A DNA stretch of 64,000 nucleotides from an uncultured Chthonomonas sp. (GTDB lineage: Bacteria > Armatimonadota > Chthonomonadetes > Chthonomonadales > CAJBBX01). Position numbers and translations under genes: made by a program. Under the pieces are notes generated by a model. That model did not search any database and was not told where the DNA came from. It saw only the letters and a program-made list of their open reading frames with translations. Where the stretch lies: positions 48,286 to 112,285 of the forward strand of contig CAJBBX010000083.1 in assembly GCA_903951425.1 (NCBI GenBank), read 5' to 3'. Each line of letters opens with the position of its first letter. The stretch's first letter is position 1. This document shows positions 9,845 through 18,022 of this stretch, piece by piece.

Positions 9845-11284
9845 CTATCTGGAGAGCTTGGACTTGAGCTCCAGGAGTAGCGCCTGGGTCTCAGGGCAGG
9901 TCGTCAGGAGCGCCTCTACGCGTGCGATGGAGCGCTGGACCGTGGTGTGCTCGCGGCCGGAGAAGACCTCGCCTATCTGCGCCAGCGTCAGGTTGTCCAG
10001 GTCGCGGGCCAGGTACATCGCCACTTGCCGGGCCGCGGCGATCTTGGCGTCGCGCTTCAGGCTGCGCATGGCCTCTTCGGGAACGCCGGTGCGCTGCGAA
10101 ACGGCGCGGAGGATGGCCGCCATGCTCACGCCCTTGGCCCGCTCGCCGGGAAGGGGCTTGGAGATGAAGAACTCGGCCAGCACGTCGCGGGCCAGCTCCA
10201 GGCAGATGGGCGCTCCCATGACCGAGGAGTAGGCCACCAGCTTGGTGACGGCGCCCTCCAGCGCGCGGCAGTTGGACTGGATCGCGTCGGCCACGTACTC
10301 GAGCACGGGCTGCGGCACTTCCCAGCCCTCGGTATGGCACCGGTGCTGCAGGATCGCCAGGCGGGTCTCGTACTGCGGCGGCGTTACATCGGCCACGAGC
10401 CCGCCCTCGAAGCGGGTGCGGAGGCGCTCGTCCATGGCTCCCAACTCGCGCGGGCTCTTGTCGGCGGCCAGCACGATCTGGCGGCCGGTCTGGAAAAGGG
10501 CATTGTAGGTGTGGAAAAACTCCTCGCAGGTGGCGTGTTTGCCGGCAACCATCTGTGTATCGTCCACAAGCCAAACGTCTACATTTCTGTAGTGCCTCCG
10601 AAAGGCTTCCATTCGGTGTTCGCGTACCGCCGCAACGTACTGCTGCGTAAAGGTATCGCCATCCACCAGGGCTACGTACGTGCCGTCGTTGCGGGATCGG
10701 ATGGCATTGGCGATGGCGTGCAGGAGGTGCGTCTTGCCCAGTCCGCAGTTGCCGTAGAGGAAGAGCGGGTTGTACGATTTGCCCGGTTTCTCCGCCACGG
10801 CGGCGGCGGCGGCCTGCGCCAGGCGGTTGGTGCGGCCCACCACGAACTGGTCGAACGTGAAGCGTTCAACGGGCGGCAGGCAGAAGTCGGCGCGGAAGCC
10901 CTCGCCGTTGCGCCGCTTCGGCGGGGCCTGGCCCTGGACCAGCATGGCCTGGGTCGGAGTGGGCTGTTCCAGCGTCGCGACAGGGGCCCTTTCGGCCGGC
11001 GTGAGCACGCGAAACTCGAGGTTGATCGTGATTCCCAGGTGGACTTCAAGCGTGGAGCGCACTAGGTTGCGGTGGCGCTTGTCCAGCCATTCGCGGGCGA
11101 AGGGGCTGGTGACGCCCAGGATCACGTCGTGCCCGGTCCACGAGAGCGGCCGGATGGGGGCGATGAAGCTCTCGAAAGTCCCCTTGCTAACTCGGCCGGA
11201 GAGGTTTTGAAGGGTGCGGTCCCAAGCCCTGCGTAGCGCTACAGAGCGCTCATCATCTCCAAAGCTCAGTTGATCATCTGCCAT
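9845..11284 (-). CDS. dnaA: Chromosomal replication initiator DnaA homolog with divergent domain IV
   Basis: FTFDQFVVG, YNPLFLYGNCGLGKTHLL, VDDTQ, EEFFHTYN, RLRTRF, NCRALEGA, RQVAMYL, GREHTTV. Confidence 0.93.
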   Translation of the reverse strand: MADDQLSFGDDERSVALRRAWDRTLQNLSGRVSKGTFESFIAPIRPLSWTGHDVILGVTSPFAREWLDKRHRNLVRSTLEVHLGITINLEFRVLTPAERAPVATLEQPTPTQAMLVQGQAPPKRRNGEGFRADFCLPPVERFTFDQFVVGRTNRLAQAAAAAVAEKPGKSYNPLFLYGNCGLGKTHLLHAIANAIRSRNDGTYVALVDGDTFTQQYVAAVREHRMEAFRRHYRNVDVWLVDDTQMVAGKHATCEEFFHTYNALFQTGRQIVLAADKSPRELGAMDERLRTRFEGGLVADVTPPQYETRLAILQHRCHTEGWEVPQPVLEYVADAIQSNCRALEGAVTKLVAYSSVMGAPICLELARDVLAEFFISKPLPGERAKGVSMAAILRAVSQRTGVPEEAMRSLKRDAKIAAARQVAMYLARDLDNLTLAQIGEVFSGREHTTVQRSIARVEALLTTCPETQALLLELKSKLSR

Positions 11285-11307
11285 GTGCCGCCCCCGCTGA
11301 GGTGCTG

Positions 11308-11336
11308 ATTATAGCAGACCGCCGACGCGCAGGCAA
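11308..11336 (-). promoter_or_regulatory. Sigma70-type promoter of dnaA
   Basis: Minus strand TTGCCT (11336-11331), 17-bp spacer, TATAAT (11313-11308) with an extended TGn; ends 23 nt upstream of the ATG. Confidence 0.7.
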
Positions 11337-11562
11337 TGCCGAACATGCGGCGGTAGACAGGCGGTGTACGGCTCGGGTACGCCCGTGTCTTGACCCCGCC
11401 GCGGAGCAACCCAATCCCCTCGTGGCCGCGCCATAATAGACAGACTGAAGTCTACGTCGGTTGGGCAGGGGCGCGCTGCCATTCGGGGTGCAACGGTGCG
11501 CAGGAGCCCCGACGGCGGCGTCCCCGGGGTCCCGGGGTCCCGAGATGCCGCGAATCGGTCCG

Positions 11563-12849
11563 CTACCGCCGCTGCCGTGGTCCGAGCTCGCCGAGGATGA
11601 TGACGCCGGACGGAGCTCCGGGCAGCGTGACGGCCTCGCCGGGCCGCAGGCGAGCGGCGCCTAGTGTCCGCCCTGTGCCGGGATGCACGATGCGGATGCC
11701 TGCGGTTTCGCGCGCTTCCAGCCGGAATGCCGGTGAGTTAACGCCTACCGCGACGCCGACGATCCGGCGCCCCTTGATGCTCCAGACTAGCCGGACGCAG
11801 CCCACGGCGGTCAGCGGCGAACCGGCGTCATGCGAGTCGAACCGCTGCCAGTTGGGCAGGTCGCCGGGAAGGAGCCGAAGGATGCCGGCCAATCCCGCCA
11901 GCCCCGGCGAGTCCTCGAAGCGCGAACGCCCCACCACGCCGGCCTCGCTGTGGTAGACGTACATGGGCAGCCGCGCGGCGAAGGCGAAGGCAGGCGCCAT
12001 CAGCAGCTTCATCTCGTCGGGCTCGGATGCCACCGAGGAGCCGGGTCCCACCGGTTCGTTGCTGCTCACGGGAGGGCAGCCCGCGCGGAGCCCGAGATCC
12101 CAGCAGTCGATGACGGGCTGCCAGCCCTCCGCGGCCCGGCGGTCGCGGCTGAAGTGCCATGTGGCGATGTCGGCCGCGCCGCCACGGTAGAGCGCGTCGA
12201 AGTCGGCCTCGTGGTTCGACGTCGTGGCAACGGGCACCTCGGTCCGGTCGGCCAGGTACCGCGTGAACTCGCGCAGGTCGGCGATGCCCTGGTCGCCGGG
12301 GAAGCCGTTCTGCCACGCCTCGTTGGCCACCTCGAGGAGGATGACCTTCCGCTCGCGTCCGGCCACTACGTCGGCCAGCATCCGCCGCATGTGCTCCAGC
12401 CGAGCGGCCCGTTCGGGCATCATCTGGGCGTCGGCGAAGATCGTGACCTGCGTGCGCATGCCGTACCGGTCGTAGGTCAGGTCGACGAGCTCGGCCAGCC
12501 GCTGCCAGTAGTCGGGCCAGGCCTCGACACGCTTGCCGGTGCGGCTGGTGTAGGCTACCGGGGCGATCTCCAGCCCCTCCCAGGACGGGTGCCAACCCAC
12601 CATGGAGAGGATGCGGGTGTAACGGACGCCGCTCCGGGCGAGCGTGGCCAGGTCGGCCTCCAGCCGCGGGCGGTTGTTCCGGCAGCGCCAGAGGGCCGTG
12701 AAGTATGAGGCGCCGAGGCCGAGGAATGGACCTGAGCCGTCCAGCAGGCAGTGGTCCTCCACGCGGACGAGGCCGCGGGGCGGATGCGCGGCGGGTGTGA
12801 CTGCCAGGGCCGCAGAGAGCGCGGCGACGATGAGCAACTGGGGTCCCAT
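11563..12849 (-). CDS. Secreted hypothetical protein, probable clan GH-A-like TIM-barrel glycoside hydrolase
   Basis: Signal peptide; 'LEVANE' (acid/base-like) and 'SSNEP' (nucleophile-like) motifs. Confidence 0.6.
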   Translation of the reverse strand: MGPQLLIVAALSAALAVTPAAHPPRGLVRVEDHCLLDGSGPFLGLGASYFTALWRCRNNRPRLEADLATLARSGVRYTRILSMVGWHPSWEGLEIAPVAYTSRTGKRVEAWPDYWQRLAELVDLTYDRYGMRTQVTIFADAQMMPERAARLEHMRRMLADVVAGRERKVILLEVANEAWQNGFPGDQGIADLREFTRYLADRTEVPVATTSNHEADFDALYRGGAADIATWHFSRDRRAAEGWQPVIDCWDLGLRAGCPPVSSNEPVGPGSSVASEPDEMKLLMAPAFAFAARLPMYVYHSEAGVVGRSRFEDSPGLAGLAGILRLLPGDLPNWQRFDSHDAGSPLTAVGCVRLVWSIKGRRIVGVAVGVNSPAFRLEARETAGIRIVHPGTGRTLGAARLRPGEAVTLPGAPSGVIILGELGPRQRR

Positions 12850-12994
12850 GCGACCTCCGGTGGGCGGGGCTGCCTGTTCCGATGCAAGTTGGCTATACTT
12901 GGCGTACCGACGTTGCGGCCGTATCCGGGTTCGCGGCCCTGCGCTCTAACGTACCTCGCGCCCGGAGATATTGGAGGCTGCAGTGAGCGTGTCC

Positions 12995-13348
12995 ATGCCG
13001 AAGAGGTCCTTTGACTGGCTACCGGTGGCGGCCGCGGCACTCCTGTTGGTGGGCTGCGCCAAGGCGCCGGACACCAGCGCGGTCGACGCCAAGAAGGACG
13101 CGGCCGGCCGCGAAGCCTACGAGCGCATCGGCTGCGGCCGGTGCCATGGCTCGCTGTCGGGCGGTGGGGGACAGGCCCCGAACCTCAGCAAGGTGGGCGC
13201 CGACCCGCAGCATACGGTCACCTGGCTTGCCGACCACATCCGGACGCCGCAGACGCACACGCCGAACAGCGCCATGACCGCGTACGGCGACCAGATCTCC
13301 GACGCCGACCTGGACGCCCTGTCGGCCATGCTCTCCCGGATGAAGTAA
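12995..13348 (+). CDS. Monoheme cytochrome c lipoprotein
   Basis: Lipobox LVGC, heme motif CGRCH, APNLSKVG, distal Met in PNSAM. Confidence 0.88.
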   Translation: MPKRSFDWLPVAAAALLLVGCAKAPDTSAVDAKKDAAGREAYERIGCGRCHGSLSGGGGQAPNLSKVGADPQHTVTWLADHIRTPQTHTPNSAMTAYGDQISDADLDALSAMLSRMK

Positions 13349-13360
13349 CAGCGCCCGGCG

Positions 13361-14689
13361 CTACCGGGCCGGCTGCTTCGCCCGCACGTCGTAGCAGCGG
13401 AGTGTCTCGTGACTGCGGAGGTAGAGCCTGCCGGCGCAGATCACGGGGTGCGCCCAAACGTCGTCGCGCCGCTCCTGCACCAGCGGGAAGCGGCTGACGA
13501 CCTCGAAGCCCGCCGCCGTGGGCCGGGCCAGCATCATTCCGCCGGACTGGCTGAGCATGTAGAGCCGTCCGTCGGCGTAGGTGAGCGAGCCCATGTCGCG
13601 CTCGGCGCAGTGGGCCACTTCGCGGCCCGTGGCGGCGTCCAGGCAGCCCCACGCGGGCTTCCGGTACCAGGAGCTGTAGAGGCGCCCGCCTACGGCCACC
13701 ACGCCGCCGTGGCAGGTGTCCAGCGTGGTGGACCACGCCTCCTCGGCCGTCACCGTCCCTCCGGCCTCGGCCAGGCGGTAGAGCTTGCCGCCCTCGGAGT
13801 CCGGCCCCGTGACGAAGACGCCGCCGCCGGCAACCGTGGGCGTGATGCCGATGACGTCGAACTGCGTCTTCAGCGGCCGGGTCCAGAGCAGCTTGCCGTC
13901 GTCGGCATCGACGCAGAAGGCGTGGCGAAGGGAGCACTGCACGAGGAGGCGCCGCTTGCCCAGCGTGAGGAGGATCGGCGAGGCGTAGCTGGAGCTGTCC
14001 GGCTTGCCCGCGGGCTCGGCCACGCGGAGGTGCTGGGGCGGGCTCGAGGCGCCGCAGAGGATCGGTTCCGACGCCCAGAGCGTGGAGCCCGTGCGGGCGT
14101 CCAGGGCGGCCATCATCGCCTTCGGGCCGCCCACGGTGACGTAGACGCGGCCCTCGTCCACCAGCAAGCACTCGGAGAGGCCCCAGGTGATCTGCTCCAC
14201 GCCGAAGCGCTCCGCCGTCTCCACGGCCCAGATCTCGCGCCCCGTGGCCGGATCCAGGCAGGCCACGCGGCCGTGGCTGTTCTTGTGGTAGAGCCGTCCT
14301 GCGCGGTAGGCGCAGCTGGAGCGCGATCCAGGGTACGAGCCGGTCCACGCCTTGCCGTTTGCAGCCTGCCAGAGCGGCTTGCCCTGCAGGTCGAAGGCAA
14401 AGATGCGGAGTTCCGGCCCCACGTCGCCGGTGATGAAGAGGCGCGCTCCTGCGATGATGGGGGAGCTATAGCCCCTGCCAAGCCCGCCGGCGAACCAGAG
14501 CTGCTTTGGTCCCTCGGCGGGCCAAGCCTGCAGGAGGCCCTTCTCGTCGCTGACGCCGTCGCGGCGAGGACCGCGCCACTGCGGCCAGCCCTTCTCAGGC
14601 GAGGCCACGAGGGAGGCGCCCGGCGGAGGCGCAGGAGCGGGCAGTGCGGCCAACGCGGCCGCGGCGAGGAGGGCGGAGAGGGCGTTCAT
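13361..14689 (-). CDS. Secreted PQQ-binding-like beta-propeller repeat protein (BamB-like family)
   Basis: Signal peptide from ATG 14689; WPQWRGPRRDG, GYSSP, repeated LDxxTGxxxW, WAHPVI. Confidence 0.88.
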   Translation of the reverse strand: MNALSALLAAAALAALPAPAPPPGASLVASPEKGWPQWRGPRRDGVSDEKGLLQAWPAEGPKQLWFAGGLGRGYSSPIIAGARLFITGDVGPELRIFAFDLQGKPLWQAANGKAWTGSYPGSRSSCAYRAGRLYHKNSHGRVACLDPATGREIWAVETAERFGVEQITWGLSECLLVDEGRVYVTVGGPKAMMAALDARTGSTLWASEPILCGASSPPQHLRVAEPAGKPDSSSYASPILLTLGKRRLLVQCSLRHAFCVDADDGKLLWTRPLKTQFDVIGITPTVAGGGVFVTGPDSEGGKLYRLAEAGGTVTAEEAWSTTLDTCHGGVVAVGGRLYSSWYRKPAWGCLDAATGREVAHCAERDMGSLTYADGRLYMLSQSGGMMLARPTAAGFEVVSRFPLVQERRDDVWAHPVICAGRLYLRSHETLRCYDVRAKQPAR

Positions 14690-14942
14690 GCCTCCATGAT
14701 ACGCGCAGCGGCCGTCTGCCCGCACCCCCGCCGCCACTATTGGCAGCGCTGTCAATGACGTATAGGCCTTGACTTCACTGATCGGGTTGACGAGATTAAC
14801 CGAGCCGGCGGCGTTGAAGTGGAGCCCAAGAGTGGGCCACGGAGGCCTGAGACCCCGCCGTGGCGAGGGTGGGGTCGGGTGCGACAAGCGTGTCGCCATC
14901 CGTCGGTCCGCACGTCGGTGGATGACCTTGTGGCCCGGACGC

Positions 14943-14971
14943 TTGTCGGCCCTGCTCGCGGAGTGTACAAT
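14943..14971 (+). promoter_or_regulatory. Sigma70-type promoter of the downstream lipoprotein gene
   Basis: TTGTCG (14943-14948), 17-bp spacer, TACAAT (14966-14971). Confidence 0.55.
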
Positions 14972-15008
14972 GGGTTTGGCGGTGGTGTTCCGCCACCGGA
15001 GGTCGGCC

Positions 15009-16895
15009 ATGCCACTGAGGGTGTTGCGTCTGCTTGGCGTCGTGTGTTGCTGCCTGGCGCTTGCGGGATGCGGCGGGGGCGGCGGAGGCGAGAGCGGGCG
15101 GGCCATCATCGTCAACTCCGCCGCTGACCCGGCCTCGCCGCCTGCCGGCGTGGTCACGCTGCGGAGCGCCATTGCCGCCGCGCAGCCGGGCGACGCCATC
15201 GTCTTCGCACCGGGCCTCGACGGCGCCGTCATCGAGCTCACGCAGGTGGGCGAGGCCCACAGCGTCCTCCTGGGTGAAGCTTACTCGGGCATGAGCTACC
15301 TCGGTTACCAGGAGCGCGACTACGGCCGCTCGGGCATCTACGCCCGCAAGGACGTCTCGCTGGACGCTTCCACTCTGGCGCACGGCGTCACGATCCGCTG
15401 GGCGGGCGGCGATGCGAACCCCGCGCGCGTGCTGGCGGTCTACGGCGACCTGACGATGCACGGCGTCACCCTCTCCGGCGGGCGCTCCGTCGCCGAGGCC
15501 ACCGGCAGCGCCGACCAGCCCTACACGCTGGCCCGAGGCGGCGGACTGGCCGTCTGGGGGACGGCACGGCTCACTCGCTGCACGGTGGCCGGCAACCGGT
15601 GCGTGGGCGATGCCGTCGCCAGCCGCGACCGGGGCGCCTATGGCGGGGGCGTCTACGCCGACGGGCTGGAGATGACCGATTGCGTCGTCAGCGGCAACAT
15701 CGCCTCGGGCTACGGCGCCGCCGGCGGGGGCGTCTACTCGGTGGGCGGGGCCGCGAACGCCACGGGCCGCGGCAACGACGCCGACCTGACCCGATGCACC
15801 GTCTCCGGCAACCGCGTCACGGCCCAGCATGCCTACGGCGGCGGCATTTTCACGCTCTCGGGGGGACCCAGCAACCTGGCGGCGATGTACCTGACCAACT
15901 GCACCATCGCCCGCAACCTGGTGGAGGACAACCCCGACCTGCCCCAAGCGGGCCAGTACTACTACCGCGGCGGCGGCCTCTACATGGGAGGCGGTTCCCT
16001 GGCGGCCATCAGTTGCACCATCGCCGAGAACGAGGTGAACGGCACGCCGGCCACCTTCTCCGGCAAGCCCAACATGGGCGGCGGGGGCGTGGCCGCCACC
16101 GTGGGCAACGCGCATACCGTGGAGACCGTCTGGGTCCAGCACTCCATCGTGGCCGGCAACCGCATGAACGGCGAGGCGGCCGACTGGTTCGCAGGCTCCC
16201 TGCTGGACTTCGTGAGCCTCGGGTACAACCGGTTCGGCGCGCTCGACTTCAGCCAGATCCTGGCGCCCGTGCCGGACTGGATGATGCTCAGCCGCAAGCA
16301 CTACCCCAAGGTGGGCGACCAGGACGGCGTGGCTGCCGCTGCGGCCCTCGACCTCGCCGGCGCGCAACTGAGCGCCACCGTGACCTCGGCGGGGACCGAC
16401 GCCGGCCGCCCGGCCCTGCTCTGGTACGCGCCGGGTGCGGCATCGGTCGACCAGGCCCCGGCGCACAAGGTCACCGTGCCTCTGGTCTCCGCAGGCTACA
16501 CCGGCTTCGGCGAGCCGACCGACGACTTCCTGAACCACGCCCTCGCCCGTGTCCGCGCGCGCTACTCCGCCACGCTGGGCGACGGCTTCGGCGCGGGCTT
16601 CGGCGACAAGGCCGGCGTCACCTGGTACGGTCCGCGCGTGACGTGGCCCAGCAACCCGCAGAACGCGGCCTGGGTCGCCTTCTGGCGCGACCTGGACGCC
16701 GAGATCGGCGGGAGGCTCGGCTCGGAGGGGCTGAATGACGACTACTGGGCCTCGTTCGCCTCGGGCCCGCTGGGCGAGCATCTGGCCATGACCGTGACCA
16801 CGACCACCCGTACCGTAGACCTGACGGGTTCAGACCAGCTGGGCGTGCGGCGCCCCCGCGGCTCGGCGGGAGACATCGGCGCCATCGAACGATAG
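15009..16895 (+). CDS. Lipoprotein with GGG-rich right-handed beta-helix repeats and a choice-of-anchor-Q-like C-terminus
   Basis: RBS GGAGGT, lipobox LAGC, TLRSAI, repeated CTVxGN...GGG(V/I/L)Y, terminal DQLGVRR...DIGAIE. Confidence 0.8.
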   Translation: MPLRVLRLLGVVCCCLALAGCGGGGGGESGRAIIVNSAADPASPPAGVVTLRSAIAAAQPGDAIVFAPGLDGAVIELTQVGEAHSVLLGEAYSGMSYLGYQERDYGRSGIYARKDVSLDASTLAHGVTIRWAGGDANPARVLAVYGDLTMHGVTLSGGRSVAEATGSADQPYTLARGGGLAVWGTARLTRCTVAGNRCVGDAVASRDRGAYGGGVYADGLEMTDCVVSGNIASGYGAAGGGVYSVGGAANATGRGNDADLTRCTVSGNRVTAQHAYGGGIFTLSGGPSNLAAMYLTNCTIARNLVEDNPDLPQAGQYYYRGGGLYMGGGSLAAISCTIAENEVNGTPATFSGKPNMGGGGVAATVGNAHTVETVWVQHSIVAGNRMNGEAADWFAGSLLDFVSLGYNRFGALDFSQILAPVPDWMMLSRKHYPKVGDQDGVAAAAALDLAGAQLSATVTSAGTDAGRPALLWYAPGAASVDQAPAHKVTVPLVSAGYTGFGEPTDDFLNHALARVRARYSATLGDGFGAGFGDKAGVTWYGPRVTWPSNPQNAAWVAFWRDLDAEIGGRLGSEGLNDDYWASFASGPLGEHLAMTVTTTTRTVDLTGSDQLGVRRPRGSAGDIGAIER

Positions 16896-16929
16896 AGCCG
16901 CCCACGCGGGCGAAGGAGGGAGACCCATC

Positions 16930-17457
16930 ATGTTCATGAAGCATCGACTGGCCTGCGTTGTGGCGCTCCTGGCGTCCGCGGCCTGCTCGGCTCAAGAGAC
17001 GCCGCAGGCCGTACGCAAGGAGGCCGACGCGGCCCTGCGGAAGTGGGGCCGGTCCATGGAGTCTATCGCGCGTACGAAGAGCGCCACCGAGATGAAGGCC
17101 GCCGTAGAGACGCTCTTCACCGCCGACTGCGTCAGCATCTGGGCCGACGGCTCGCCGATTCGCGGCCGCGTGCGCGTTGCCTCCACCTTCCTCGACTGGC
17201 TCAAGGAAGTGGAGACCATGAAGCGCTTCGCGGGCCAGACACAGGATATGTCGCTCCGGCCCGACGGCACGGCCGTCTCCACGGGCAAGTACGAGGTGAC
17301 CTATACCGCCCGCGACGCGGCCACCGGCGCCTCGCACGCCATGGTCGTCACCGGCCGCGAGCGCGACACGTGGGTCAAGACCCCGCAGGGCTGGCGGATC
17401 AAGCGCGCCCAGTGCCTCTGGGAGCGCATCACCCGCGACGGCAAGCTGCAGAAGTAG
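16930..17457 (+). CDS. Secreted NTF2-like (SnoaL/DUF4440) domain protein
   Basis: RBS AAGGAGG, signal peptide, DTWVKTPQGWRI motif. Confidence 0.75.
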   Translation: MFMKHRLACVVALLASAACSAQETPQAVRKEADAALRKWGRSMESIARTKSATEMKAAVETLFTADCVSIWADGSPIRGRVRVASTFLDWLKEVETMKRFAGQTQDMSLRPDGTAVSTGKYEVTYTARDAATGASHAMVVTGRERDTWVKTPQGWRIKRAQCLWERITRDGKLQK

Positions 17458-17472
17458 GGCCCGAGGCGCTTC

Positions 17473-17515
17473 CCGCTCCCTCCTCCTCCCGCATCCCGGC
17501 AAGGGGAGGGAGCGG
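17473..17515. terminator. GC-rich hairpin downstream of the NTF2-like gene
   Basis: CCGCTCCCTCC (17473-17483) pairs perfectly with GGAGGGAGCGG (17505-17515); no U-tract. Confidence 0.4.
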
Positions 17516-17679
17516 ACGGTTGCCCCTCGCCGCGGTCACCGGGCCGTCCGCCGCCGCCGTGTGTGCCACAATGCAGGCGTGAGTATCGCAACACCCATGG
17601 GGATCCTGCACGTGCCGCCGGACCCGACGGAGCTTCGCCCACCGCGGCGAGGCGTTGCTTCGGGCGCTGGAGGCGCGCA

Positions 17680-17997
17680 ATGATCAGCCTGACTGCCGAT
17701 GAACTAGCCAAAGTGCAGGCCATCCTGGCCCGGCTCCTGCCGGACCGAGAGGTCTACGCCTTCGGCTCCAGAGCCACCGGTCGCGCACGCGAGTTCTCCG
17801 ACCTGGACCTGGCCGTCATGGGCGATGAACCCCTGCCGGCGGCGGCCAGGACGGCGTTGCGCGAGGCCTTCGCGGGCTCGACCCTGCCGTTCCGCGTGGA
17901 CATCGTCGACTGGTGCGAGGCCGGCGAGGCCTTCCGCACAGCCGTAGGCGATCGGCTGGAGTGCATCTCCCCGTCCGCGCCCGCCGTCATGGCGTAG
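17680..17997 (+). CDS. Minimal nucleotidyltransferase (MNT antitoxin family), orphan
   Basis: AFGSRATG, SDLDLAV, LPFRVDIVD; RBS GGAGG before ATG 17680. Confidence 0.88.
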   Translation: MISLTADELAKVQAILARLLPDREVYAFGSRATGRAREFSDLDLAVMGDEPLPAAARTALREAFAGSTLPFRVDIVDWCEAGEAFRTAVGDRLECISPSAPAVMA

Positions 17998-18022
17998 CTC
18001 GGAGACGACCGCCTGAGGCCCC

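Noticed and set aside
11441-11545. Short palindrome AGACTGAAGTCT and GTCCC(C)GGG repeats as REP elements
   Set aside because: Too short and single-copy in this window to separate from chance.
11285-11562. Possible oriC upstream of dnaA
   Set aside because: No DnaA-box cluster or AT-rich unwinding element seen; the region is GC-rich.
14750-14800. IS200/IS605 omega (HEARO) RNA suggested by GTCAA...GTTGAC
   Set aside because: No IscB or TnpB ORF nearby and the remaining conserved blocks are missing.
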